A stretch of 64,000 nt of DNA from the NCBI GenBank assembly GCA_023205875.1, contig CP060758.1, positions 868,001-932,000 on the forward strand. The letters are read 5' to 3'. Shown here in pieces: positions 41,577 through 52,080 of this stretch (position 1 is the stretch's first letter; every line of letters begins with the position of its first letter). The notes beneath the pieces were generated by a model. That model did no database searches, had not been told where the DNA came from, and saw only the letters and a list, made by a program, of their open reading frames with translations. Both the position numbers and the translations under genes were made by a program. This stretch comes from Chloropicon primus. Lineage: Eukaryota.

Positions 41577-44377
41577 CTAGGTGGACATGGCAAAGCCCCC
41601 GCCGGTGAACTTGGGGTTGTCGGACTGCTGGGGCATGGCCATCTTTCCGCGGCCGCCACCCCCCATTCCCGGGTTCCCCATGTTGGTGGACTCCTTCATC
41701 AGCCTCTCCTTCCTCCTCTGCTCGTAGTACTTGCGCTTGAGCTCCTGGAGCTCCCTGATCATCCTCTCCTTCTCGTACTTGTACTCGTTGACCTGGGCCT
41801 GGTACATGTTGAGCTCGCTCGTCATCGCCTTCATCTGCCTGGTCTTCTCCCTGAGCATGGTCTGGTACACGTTGAGCTGTTCGGCGACCTCCGGGCCGGG
41901 CTGCCTGGCCAAGATGTTCTTGAGCTCCACGTACAGCTTCTCCTTCTCCACGATGAGGGTGTCCTTCTCCACGACCTCCTCCGTCTTGGCGATCAGTCGC
42001 TTCTGGAGCGTCTGGATCTTCTGGATCATCTCGTAGGTCGAGGGGTCGCTGCCCTCGAGCTTGCGCCAGCGGTGCACGTTCAAGGGGTTCTCCAGCTCCT
42101 CGGAGAGGGCCTTCACCTTGGTCCTCTCCTGGAGGAGCTCCCTGCCGAGCCTGTGGATCTCGGACTTGAGGACGTTGATGTTGGACACGGAGCTCTTCAG
42201 GTTCTGAAGCTCGCGGGTCAGGTCGTTGATCTTGATCTTCAGCACCCTGATCTCCTTGAGCCTGTCGCGGTACTGGGCCTGGCCCTTGAGCAGGGTGCTC
42301 TGCTGAATCTTGATCTTCTCGTACAGCAGGGCCAGCTCGTCGTTCCTGCGGATGAGCTGGGTGCCCAGAATGTCCCTCTCGTTGACCACCTGATCGTACT
42401 CCTTCTTCTGCCTTCCCCTCTCGCTATCGGCCTCGTTGATGATGTGGTTCAGCTTCTCGATCTCGGCCTTCTGGGACGATATGGCGTTGTCCGCCTCCTT
42501 GATCTGGGCGTAAGCCTTGTTGTTCTCCCCCCTGAGATTCTCCTTCTCCTTCTCGACCTTCATGTGCTCGAAGTGCTCCTTCACCAGGCTCAGGTCCTTG
42601 GTGTTGATCTCCTCCTTGAGCTGCTCGATCTGGTGGTTCAATATCTTGAACTTCCTCTTCATCTCCTGGATCTCGTCCTGAGCCTCGATCAGGTTCTTGC
42701 TGTAGAGGTTCCTGTCGGACCTCACGGCCTCGTACAAGTTCTGCTGCTGCTTCAGCCTGTTCTCGCCCTCGGCGATCTTCTTCTGGAGGTCCATGATGTC
42801 GAGCTCCTTGAGCTTGATCTCCTCCAGCTGCTGGAAGTACTTGGAGGTCGCGTCGCTGGCCTCCACGGCGTACTTCTCCCTCTCCTTCTTCAGCTGGTCG
42901 ATCAGCTTGTTCTGCCTCTGGGCCTCTATCTTGTAGGCCTGGAGCTCCTGCTCCAAGTTCTTCCTGGTGTTCTCGTTAATGGCCACCAAATCGATCTGCT
43001 TCTGAGTGGCGTTCTCCGCCTGCGTCTTGAGCTTGTTCAGCAGATCCCTCTCTCTCAGGAGCTCGTCGAGCTTCTTGTGCTCGGAGTCCAGGCTCACCCT
43101 GAGGGACTCGATGTCCTTCTCGGTGGTCTGGAGCTCGTTCTTCAGCATCTCGCGCTGCTTCTCCGCCTCGGACTTGGTCCTCTCCATGTTTCTCAACTTG
43201 TGGTTGGCCGTCTCCCTGGCGCGGTTGACCTTGTTGATCTCCGACTTGAGCGTCGCGATCTCCTCCTCCCTCTGGCGGATGGTGGCCTGCTTCTGGTTGA
43301 TCTCGAGCCTGGTGTTGCTGTTGAGGTGCTTCTGCTCCTCCAGCTCCCTCTGCAGCCTCTGGACCTTGTCTGCCAGCCCGTTGTACTCCCGAGTCACCTT
43401 GTCGTTCAGGCTCTTGGTCTCCCTGAGCTTGAGCTCGAGCCTCGCGATGTGCTCCTCGCCCTGGCTCACGATGTGAAGCTTCTGCTTGATGTCGTACTGC
43501 TTGGCCTCGAGTGACTCTTTGATCTCCTTCATGTCCTTCTCCATCCTCTCCTTCTTCCTCTGCTCCTTCTCGGCCTCGAGCTTCTTGGCCTGCATTTGCT
43601 CCTGCAGCACCTGCAGGCTGCTCTCGAGCTGGAGCTTCTCCGTCTCGCTGGTCCTCAATCTGGTCTGGAACTCCAGTATCTCGCTACGGAGCTTCACGAC
43701 CTGGTTGATCTGAGCGTCCCTCTCCTCGGTGAGCTCGTCCTTCTGCTTCAGCAGCTCGTTCAAGGTGGTCTCCTGGCCAACGCCATAGCTTCCTCCGTCC
43801 TCTATGAGCTTGTTGAGGTTCGCCACCTCCTGCTTCAGTTGCTGGATGGTCTCCTTGGCCCTCGCCTCCTTCTCGTGACTGGCGTCCACAATCTTCCAGG
43901 CCTTCTCGATCTCCTTCTTCAAGCCCGAGATGGTCCCTTGGTCCTCCTCACTAAGCTTCACAGCCGTTTGGATTTTGGCCGTGTTGGCCACAATCTCACT
44001 ACTGAGCTCCCTGCATTTGCGAGCAAGCTTCTTTTCGTTGTCGTGAGACTTCTTGACCGCCCTGAAGAGCTTCTCGTATTCCCCCCTAAAGTTTTCAAGC
44101 GCCGCGTCGCCCGCAAGCTCGTTCAAGACCTGTACCAATCCCAAGCGAAACGAAAAGCAGACACAGGGAACAAGATAATATCATCCAGACATGGGTCAGT
44201 GCCTGCCACAGGCCCACACCTCCAAGTTCCAAGATGCACAACTCGAGGACACCTGCACAAGAGAGACGCCTGTCCGATACTTGTGTAACTCACCGCTTGA
44301 AAGTCCTTCTCCAAGGCCTCGTATGCTTGCGTCTCGTACGCCTCCGCGGCCTTCTTCTCGTCCGCAGTGTCCGCCAT
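41577..44377 (-). CDS. CFAP58: Cilia- and flagella-associated protein 58 (FAP58/FAP189 family); exons 44377-44294 and 44129-41577
   Basis: Long coiled coil with YEAVRSDRNLYSKNLIEAQDEI, ERDILGTQLIRRNDEL, ENPLNVHRWRKLEGSDP and the C-terminal FTGGGF. Phase-0 intron 44130-44293. Confidence 0.93.
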
Positions 44378-44896
44378 CTTGTCCCCAAGCAACCAAGCCT
44401 AAGCAGGCGCCCCCTCTTCCTCTTCCTACTCGCCCCTCCCTCCCCTCCCCCGAAGGCGGTCAAAGGCGAGTTTCGGAAGAGGTGTCGTATTTCCTTAATC
44501 AACTCCCAAGGTGGGAGGCCATCGAGACGTTAAAACCATTTAGATTTCCGAACATTTCCAATCGACGACGCAAAATCGACGAAATTTTGAAAACCAAGAA
44601 GGACAGGCGAAGGACACACACACACACACACACACACACCAAGGCCAAGGTAAGCGAAGAGGAGAGGCTAGGGCTCTCCTCTGTTGACGATGGTGTGGTG
44701 ATGGCAGGGAAGATCCCTGCTGCTTTGCTTCACATCGCTTGACTGGAGTTGTCCTGACCTGTGGGTTTCGGTGGGATTGGTTTTTTTCTGCTCTCAGGGG
44801 GTGGGCCGACCTTGGCGTATTTGGTTTGGCGTGGGGGAGAGACACAGGCAGGCAGGCAGGCAGAGGGGAGGAAAGGGATCCCGGTGAGAGGGGGGA

Positions 44897-45478
44897 ATGA
44901 CGATGGCGATGGCTGCACCCGGCGGTGGGATGAACGCTTTTCTTACAAAGTATGGGGAGAAGGAAGACTTGAACCAGTACTGGTACTCCAACCACACGAT
45001 AAAGGTGATGGTGGACGAGGTGGTGGCCAACGCCACCAAGGCTTGCTTCCTATCCACGCCGAGCATTTACTTCTCCCTGCCGAAGAAGTCCGAGGTCAGG
45101 AAGCAGAGCTGGCTCTTCGACTTGGACGACCAGTGGGCGAACTTGCCAAACTACTTCAAGTACGACTACAACTTCCCAGAGCAGATCCCCAAGGAGCTGC
45201 ACGGGACGTTCGACTACATCGTCATCGACCCTCCCTTCATCACCGAGGAGGTCTGGGAGAAGTACGGAGAGGCCACGAAGATGCTCCTCAGCCCGAACGG
45301 AAAGGTCCTCCTGACGACTATCCAGGAGAACGCCCCGATGCTCGAGAAGCTCCTTGGGGTGAAGCCAAGGCAGTTCGCTCCATCTATCCCACACCTTGTG
45401 TACCAATACGCGCTCTACACGAACTACGAGTCGGACCCCCTGGCCGAGGTCAACCCCGAGATTCCATCGTGGGACTAG
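44897..45478 (+). CDS. EEF1AKMT1: EEF1A lysine methyltransferase 1 (N6AMT2/Efm5-like)
   Basis: EDLNQYWYS, ACFLSTPSIY, YDYNFP and FDYIVIDPPFI. Confidence 0.82.
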   Translation: MTMAMAAPGGGMNAFLTKYGEKEDLNQYWYSNHTIKVMVDEVVANATKACFLSTPSIYFSLPKKSEVRKQSWLFDLDDQWANLPNYFKYDYNFPEQIPKELHGTFDYIVIDPPFITEEVWEKYGEATKMLLSPNGKVLLTTIQENAPMLEKLLGVKPRQFAPSIPHLVYQYALYTNYESDPLAEVNPEIPSWD

Positions 45479-46004
45479 GAGGTGGGGGCTCCCAAGCGAA
45501 CTGCGCCCGCCGCCCTCCGGCACTTTATTCAAGCACTTTTTCTGTTGTATCATTAGCAGTAATCCATTATTTCAGTCCATTCTTTCTTTGGCAGGACGAA
45601 GAGACGGGGAGGGAGGCCTTCCGTCCTGTGTCTGACACCCCCGTCCGAGTGTCACCTTCCAAGGCACCCCCATTCCTCGTCGGACGTTCCGGTCACTCGA
45701 CGGCTTCCTCGTTGTTCTTGAGGGGGATCCCTCCTGATGGCCGTCTCCGGCACAGGCAAGGGGCAAAGATTGGAGAGCAGCAGTTCCCGACCTCCTCTTA
45801 AGCACCATGACCTGATGGGGGTCCATGCCATGCCCCCTCACACACACACACACACACTCTCCCTGCAGAGGAAAAGGGGGCCAAGCAATTCGCGGGGGTG
45901 GTCGAGGCGAGAGGACAGGGTGGTTGGTTGTGGCGTGGGCGTGGGCGGGTGGGCCGAAGGGGTGGGACTGGGAGGCCGAGGGACGTGTTTCGTCGCCTCG
46001 CCCC

Positions 46005-47047
46005 ATGCACGGCGTCGGCGAGGTTTTGGGCTACAACAGCGCCGCGAGTCGGAGGGGGACCCTCGCGGAGCTCCAGGTGGTCCGTTACCCAACCGTGCCT
46101 TCGCTCGAGCAGTACAAGAATGTGGACGTGCAAGTGGGAGGCCGTCTCTTCCAGCAGGTGCCGCCCAAGAGGAGGACGGACTTGTGGGCGAACCTCACGA
46201 GAATGACGTTCACTGGGCGGGAGAGCGTGATGAAGTACCCCGGACTTCAAGCACAGGTAGGAAAGAACGAGTCCTTTCTCCCGTGGGGTGTGGCTTCGCT
46301 GCACCGCGCTCGGCCCTCTTTCGTCGCCCTCGCCCTCGCTGACGCCGCCGCGGGTGCCCCTTCGTGCTGCTGCCGGAAAAAAACCGAACGAACGCCCAAC
46401 ACCTTGATGGGAGAGCCCAGACGGTGAGCCAGAAGACTTGTGGCGAGATAGAGAAGGACATCCCTCGGACCTTTCCCGACGTCCCGGGGTTCAACGACCC
46501 CGCAGGTCAGAGGAGGCTGATGCGAATACTGAGGAGCTACGCCGCCCTCGACCCAGAGGTGGGGTACTGCCAAGGAATGAATTTTGTCGCTGGATTGATT
46601 CTCAAGTACCTGCCGAACGAGTCGGAGGCCTTCGGGACGTTTTGCGTTCTCATGAGGGACAGGAACTACAGGGAACTCTTCTTGCCTGACATGACCCAGC
46701 TGCAGCACAGGATGAGCCAGCTGGAGGGGATGCTCCCCCCAAACATTTCGGCAAAGCTGAGGAACTGCGGCATCAGCCCCGCCTTGTACGCTCCCCAGTG
46801 GCTGCTCAGCTGCTTTAGCAACGAGTTCCCCACGACCTTTGGTGCCAGAATCATAGATGCCCTGCTCGGGGGACAGACCTTGGTGGCAGAGGTGTTGATG
46901 AGGGTGGCGCTGGAGATCTTCAGGGCCATAGACTTTCCCGGGCAGGAGGATTTCGAGACGGTTCTGAGGACAGTCAGGGAGGGACCCAGGAAGTGGAACG
47001 AGCAGCAACTCTCGGCCGTGCTCACGAGAGCCTTGCTGCAGCAGTGA
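46005..47047 (+). CDS. TBC-domain Rab GTPase-activating protein; exons 46005-46256 and 46421-47047
   Basis: VPPKRRTDLW, IEKDIPRTFP, GYCQGMNF and YAPQWLLSCF. Phase-0 intron 46257-46420 (gtagga...cccag). Start codon uncertain. Confidence 0.85.
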
Positions 47048-47152
47048 CGCAATGGTGTAGACTACGCTTCTTGTGCGAGAGGAATGTATGGTGGATTGTG
47101 TTCATATATGTAGAGAAATTGCGCTTTTTGCTGCTTGTACACTACGCTTCTC

Positions 47153-47837
47153 GTGGGATTATCAAATATATATGAAAGAAATTGCGCTTTCAGATCAATT
47201 AAGCCTTTGCTTTCAACGCATTTAGATCAACTCGAAACTCCTCAAGGACGAGCCCGCGTCACTCCGACCCGCCGCGCTCCCGCATCTCTCCAGGACCTCT
47301 TTCTGACGAGGTCCTTTGAGCTCGCCGTGCCCCTTGAAGTCAGCGACGTAGGCCTCGATCGCCTCGCTGGCCCTCTTCGCCCCACCGGCAGTCTTGATGC
47401 TCCGCTGCAACCGCTCGCAGTTTGCGACAAACTCCACCTTGTTCTCGAGGAGACTCCACACCTTTTCCTTCAAGTCCTCCGCAGAGGACTCGGCAACCGG
47501 ATCGTCGTAGTGGAGGCCAACACCCTCCCTGCTGATCATCTTGGCGTTGCCGAACTGATCCGCAAAGTACGGAGTCGCGAGCATCGGCACCGAGGCCGCG
47601 ATGCTCTCGAACATGCTGTTGGCTCCCGCGTGGGTGACGAAGGCGTCGACGTGATCCAAGAGTTCGACCTGAGGAACGTTTGGCCTGACGATGAAGTTGT
47701 CTGGCACGTGGTCCGCAAACTCCTTCTCGTCCTGGAACTTGGGCCCGGAGCTCAGGACCACCGCGATCCTGTCGTCCCCCCCGAAGGCTTCGAAGAACTT
47801 TTGCCACAAATCGGTGCAGAACACCTTGCCCGACTGC
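47153..47837. repeat. Near-identical direct duplication, copy 1 (3' part and 3' UTR of UGT-A)
   Basis: Matches 50229-50912 (offset 3075 in the coding part), with only two coding substitutions seen near the stop and a few UTR differences. Confidence 0.95.
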
Positions 47838-48832
47838 TTGGCGTTGCCAGTCTTGTTGATCCTGCCGTTGTCGGCCGCGGGATCCTCCCACTTGTACGAG
47901 GCCACGATTGATCCGAAGGAGATGTAGACGACCTTCCTTCCCTCCTCCTTGAACTTCTGGACCCGGTGGAAAGGAAACGGCGGGGAAGGGGTGGGGCTGG
48001 TTCCATCCATGATCACAGCCGTTCTCGACAGGTGACCCTGCTCCTTGGTGAGAACCATGGGGCCGACGTAGTGGCAGGACTCTGCGATGTTTTCCCCGAA
48101 AATCTTCTTCGCCAGCCGGGGCATCTCCACGTCGAACTCCCTCACGCCGGTGCACAGGTTGAGCCAAGTGTCGCCCAACATGTGAGACGGCAGGAAGTTC
48201 TCGAAGAAATCGAAGCCGTACTCGTCGATCAACACGTCATTTGCCTCGGCGACGACGCCAGCCCTCCTGAAGTTGTCAAAGGCAGCCTCCCTCTCCTCGT
48301 CGGTGTCCGCGCCCAGCCACAGAGGGAACATGCCAAATTGAGGAAACGTCACGACGCTGACCACGGGGATGCCGAGGAGAGTGGCTGCGATCGGGCCTCC
48401 CGCCACCATGGGGTCGGTGATGAGAAGGTCGCACTTGAACGTGCCAAGTTCCTCGAGGTACATCGGAACAGCACGGACCCCTTCGTGGAATCTCCACATA
48501 AGGAAGTCGCTGCTCTTCCTTTCCGCCTCGCTCTGGTCCTCGTACTCCGGAACAATGCCTTTGAACCACTCCCTCGGGTGCTGGGAGAAGGATGCGACGT
48601 CCTCCTCCGTCCACATCCTGGCGAAGCTGTAATCCTTCCCCTCCTCGAACTCCTTCTTCGAGTTCTTTATGTTCTCGATGTTCGCAGGTGTGACGACGAG
48701 GAAGCGAACGTGGTGCCCCTTGCCGATCAGCTCGCTCGACAACGCGAGCATCGGGTTCAAGTGGCCCGCCGCATCCAAGACGCACAGCGCAATGTTCATC
48801 CTCTTCGCACTTTCCTCGACCTTGGTCGCCAT
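47222..48832 (-). CDS. Family-1 UDP-glycosyltransferase, MGT/YjiC-like (UGT-A)
   Basis: AGHLNPMLAL, VVYISFGS and UGT signature VPQVELLDHVDAFVTHAGANSMFESIAASVPMLATPYFADQ. Start chosen by alignment with the paralog (MATKVEESAKRMN). Confidence 0.9.
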   Translation of the reverse strand: MATKVEESAKRMNIALCVLDAAGHLNPMLALSSELIGKGHHVRFLVVTPANIENIKNSKKEFEEGKDYSFARMWTEEDVASFSQHPREWFKGIVPEYEDQSEAERKSSDFLMWRFHEGVRAVPMYLEELGTFKCDLLITDPMVAGGPIAATLLGIPVVSVVTFPQFGMFPLWLGADTDEEREAAFDNFRRAGVVAEANDVLIDEYGFDFFENFLPSHMLGDTWLNLCTGVREFDVEMPRLAKKIFGENIAESCHYVGPMVLTKEQGHLSRTAVIMDGTSPTPSPPFPFHRVQKFKEEGRKVVYISFGSIVASYKWEDPAADNGRINKTGNAKQSGKVFCTDLWQKFFEAFGGDDRIAVVLSSGPKFQDEKEFADHVPDNFIVRPNVPQVELLDHVDAFVTHAGANSMFESIAASVPMLATPYFADQFGNAKMISREGVGLHYDDPVAESSAEDLKEKVWSLLENKVEFVANCERLQRSIKTAGGAKRASEAIEAYVADFKGHGELKGPRQKEVLERCGSAAGRSDAGSSLRSFELI

Positions 48833-48984
48833 CGTTCTCGAGGTCTTTGACAACCAAAAACTCGTCGTGCTCCCATGCTCTCTCCCATGCCTGCCTGCCG
48901 TCTCCAACGCGAAGCCCGAGTCACGGCTCCAAGAAGATCACGGCCATGCCAGTAAGAGGCGTTACACATCAATCACCTCACATC

Positions 48985-50151
48985 ATGGCGTCGTCGTCGA
49001 GCGCGGGCGGGAAGAGGAAGAGGGGTTGGGATGGCGCGGTCCCGCAGAAGCTCCCGGACGAGCTGTGGCTGACGGTGCTGAGGTTCCTGGAGGGCCACCC
49101 CTTCCTCGCGTTCGCGCTGACTTGCAAGCAGATGGGTCGGGTCGCCTTGTGTCAGTCCGAGCGTCCGTTCGAGACTTCGGTGGGGCTGCTGCTGGAGACT
49201 TCGGGGAGGGAGGAGTCCCTGAGTCCGTCGTGGCTGAGGTGGGCGCACGAGTGCCTCGGGGAGAGGACCGACTTTCCGGCGGAGGTGAAGGACTCCGCGA
49301 TGAAGCAGCTCGCGGCGTCCGCGGGGTGCCTCGACACGCTTCGTTGGATGAGGGAGGGGAACCCCAGCTTGGACGAGGAGGCCGCCGACGCCGCAGCGTC
49401 GGCGGGTCGCGTGGAGATCCTGAAGTGGCTCAAGGGCCAGGGGTGCACTCTGTCAAGGGAAGTGTGCCTCTACGCCGCCGAGGCGGGGAGTCTGGAGGCG
49501 CTCAAGTTCCTTCGGAGCGAGGGCTGCACTTGGAACGAGGGAGTCTGCGCCGCGGCCGCCGAGGGGGGGCACCTGGAGATGCTCAAATGGGCTCGGGCGC
49601 AGGGGTGCCCCTGGAACAGGTGGACCTCCCACGCCGCCGCCCTCGGGGGGCATTTGGGCTGCCTCCAATTCGCGGTGGAGGAGGGCTGCCCCGTCGACTC
49701 TTGGATCACCCGGGTCTCGAGCCGAGAGGGCCACTTGGAGGTCTTGAAGTGGATCAAGAGCAAGGGCGTGCCCTGGCACCCGGACTGCTGCATGGTCGCA
49801 GCGCAGAGCGGAAACCTAAAAGTGCTCCAGCTCGCCAAGAGCGGCGGGTGCCCGTGGGACGAAAGAGTCTGCGACGAGGCTGCCCAGGGGGGGCACTTGG
49901 AGCTCCTCGAGTGGGCCAGGGAGACGGGCTGCCCGTGGAACGAGGAGGGAGTCGTCATCGCGACCGCCGAGGCGGGTCACCTGCATGTGCTAAAGTGGCT
50001 GAGGGACCGCGTCTCCGATTGGGAGACGTACGAGGAGGAGGTCCACCACATCGCCTCAGGGAGGGCCGGCCGGGGCCAAAAGTGGAACGAAATCATAGAG
50101 TGGATTGACCGAGGAGAACCCTTAACGATGCGGAGATCGCCTGTCGTATGA
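48985..50151 (+). CDS. F-box-like plus ankyrin-repeat protein (AAxxGHLExLKW..GCPW repeats)
   Basis: LPDELWLTVLRFL...FALTCK F-box-like N-terminus, then about nine ~25-aa repeats such as AAEGGHLEMLKWARAQGCPWN. Confidence 0.85.
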   Translation: MASSSSAGGKRKRGWDGAVPQKLPDELWLTVLRFLEGHPFLAFALTCKQMGRVALCQSERPFETSVGLLLETSGREESLSPSWLRWAHECLGERTDFPAEVKDSAMKQLAASAGCLDTLRWMREGNPSLDEEAADAAASAGRVEILKWLKGQGCTLSREVCLYAAEAGSLEALKFLRSEGCTWNEGVCAAAAEGGHLEMLKWARAQGCPWNRWTSHAAALGGHLGCLQFAVEEGCPVDSWITRVSSREGHLEVLKWIKSKGVPWHPDCCMVAAQSGNLKVLQLAKSGGCPWDERVCDEAAQGGHLELLEWARETGCPWNEEGVVIATAEAGHLHVLKWLRDRVSDWETYEEEVHHIASGRAGRGQKWNEIIEWIDRGEPLTMRRSPVV

Positions 50152-50228
50152 GCCCCCCCTCCCCGCTGATCGTTAGCGTCGTCCCTCCCTCCCTTCCTTC
50201 GCCATTGCATTGGTCTGCCTTGGCCTTT

Positions 50229-50912
50229 GTGGGATTATCAAATATGTATGAAGAAATTGCGCTTTCAGATCAATTAAGCCTTTGCTTTCAACGCATTTAG
50301 ATCAACTCGAAACTCCTCAAGGACGAGCCCGCGTCACTCTGACTCGCCGCGCTCCCGCATCTCTCCAGGACCTCTTTCTGACGAGGTCCTTTGAGCTCGC
50401 CGTGCCCCTTGAAGTCAGCGACGTAGGCCTCGATCGCCTCGCTGGCCCTCTTCGCCCCACCGGCAGTCTTGATGCTCCGCTGCAACCGCTCGCAGTTTGC
50501 GACAAACTCCACCTTGTTCTCGAGGAGACTCCACACCTTTTCCTTCAAGTCCTCCGCAGAGGACTCGGCAACCGGATCGTCGTAGTGGAGGCCAACACCC
50601 TCCCTGCTGATCATCTTGGCGTTGCCGAACTGATCCGCAAAGTACGGAGTCGCGAGCATCGGCACCGAGGCCGCGATGCTCTCGAACATGCTGTTGGCTC
50701 CCGCGTGGGTGACGAAGGCGTCGACGTGATCCAAGAGTTCGACCTGAGGAACGTTTGGCCTGACGATGAAGTTGTCTGGCACGTGGTCCGCAAACTCCTT
50801 CTCGTCCTGGAACTTGGGCCCGGAGCTCAGGACCACCGCGATCCTGTCGTCCCCCCCGAAGGCTTCGAAGAACTTTTGCCACAAATCGGTGCAGAACACC
50901 TTGCCCGACTGC
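50229..50912. repeat. Near-identical direct duplication, copy 2 (3' part and 3' UTR of UGT-B)
   Basis: Matches 47153-47837. Confidence 0.95.
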
Positions 50913-51898
50913 CGAGCTCCGAAGGGCTTGCCCCTGCCGTACTGAACGTCCTCCCAGTCCCACAGCCACCCGGCGACCATGGATCCGAAGGAGATGTAGA
51001 CGACCTTCCTTCCCTCCTCCTTGAACTTCTGGACCCGGTCAAAGGGGAAATCGGACTCTTGCTCCCGCTTGCCCTCCTTGCTCCAGACTGCAATGTGCCC
51101 CTCCTCCTCAGACAGCACCATCGGCCCGACGTGGAGAAAGGTCTCCTCGATGCCGCTGCCCATGACCTCCTTGGCCACGGCAGGCAACTCCTCGTCGAAC
51201 TCCGGGATGCCCGTGCAGAGGTTGAGTGACTTGGGCAGCATGTGCAAGGACGGCAGGAAGTTCTCGAAGAAGTCGATGCCGTACATCTGTTTCAGGCTCC
51301 TGGCCGCGTTTGCGATCACTCCGGCTCTCTTGAAGGATTCGAGCGCGTCCCTCCTCTCCTCCTCCGTGTCCTTGCCGCACCACAGCGGGACGCTGCTGAA
51401 CCCGGGGAAGGTCACAACGCCCACGACGGGAACGTCCGTCTGCGCTGCTGCGATCGTTGCATTCAGGAGGATAGGGTCCGATATGAGCACGTCAATCTCG
51501 CACCTCTTGACCGCCTCGATGAACTTTGGGGCTTGCTCGACGCACGACTTGACCATGGAGTGCAGCAGGAGCTCCGGGACGCGGATCTCGTGCTCGTCCT
51601 GGCTGGACTTGGGGGGAAGGACCGCCTGATAGAACGTCGTCGGGTCCTCCCTGAGCCTCCGCAAGTCGTCCTCGGACCACAGCTTCTCGAAGTGATAGTC
51701 CTTGCCCTCCTCGAACTCCTTCTTGGAGATCCTTATGTTCTCGATGTTCATGGGTGTCGTCAGGAGGAAGAAGACCCTGTGCCCTCGCTGCATCAGCTGG
51801 CTCGACAACGCGAGCATCGGGTTCAAGTGTCCCGCCGGATCCAGGACGCACAGACCAACATTCATCCTCTTCGCACTTTTCTCGATCTCGTTAGCCAT
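50297..51898 (-). CDS. Family-1 UDP-glycosyltransferase, MGT/YjiC-like (UGT-B)
   Basis: PAGHLNPMLAL and the same C-terminal UGT signature as UGT-A. Start MANEIEKSAKRMN aligns with the paralog. Confidence 0.9.
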   Translation of the reverse strand: MANEIEKSAKRMNVGLCVLDPAGHLNPMLALSSQLMQRGHRVFFLLTTPMNIENIRISKKEFEEGKDYHFEKLWSEDDLRRLREDPTTFYQAVLPPKSSQDEHEIRVPELLLHSMVKSCVEQAPKFIEAVKRCEIDVLISDPILLNATIAAAQTDVPVVGVVTFPGFSSVPLWCGKDTEEERRDALESFKRAGVIANAARSLKQMYGIDFFENFLPSLHMLPKSLNLCTGIPEFDEELPAVAKEVMGSGIEETFLHVGPMVLSEEEGHIAVWSKEGKREQESDFPFDRVQKFKEEGRKVVYISFGSMVAGWLWDWEDVQYGRGKPFGARQSGKVFCTDLWQKFFEAFGGDDRIAVVLSSGPKFQDEKEFADHVPDNFIVRPNVPQVELLDHVDAFVTHAGANSMFESIAASVPMLATPYFADQFGNAKMISREGVGLHYDDPVAESSAEDLKEKVWSLLENKVEFVANCERLQRSIKTAGGAKRASEAIEAYVADFKGHGELKGPRQKEVLERCGSAASQSDAGSSLRSFELI

Positions 51899-52080
51899 CG
51901 TTCTCGTTGTTCTGAGCCCACGATGGGGACGACGAGACTGGCATTGACCTCCTCCTCCCCAGGTCACGCGCCAGCGCCCATCTCCACTCCTATGATGTTT
52001 CGATGTTCGCTCTCCGATTTTTGGGCTCCCGCCAAAAAAGAAAAAAAAGAACTGTTTCAAAAAAAAAAAAGTAACCGACC

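Noticed and set aside
44897..45478. DPPF motif as a DNA N6-adenine methyltransferase or restriction-modification component
   Set aside because: Surrounding motifs (QYWYS, STPS, YDYN) fit the N6AMT2/EEF1AKMT1 protein-lysine methyltransferase family.
45572..45830. Short ORFs between EEF1AKMT1 and the TBC gene
   Set aside because: No recognisable motifs or convincing codon bias; probably UTR or promoter sequence.
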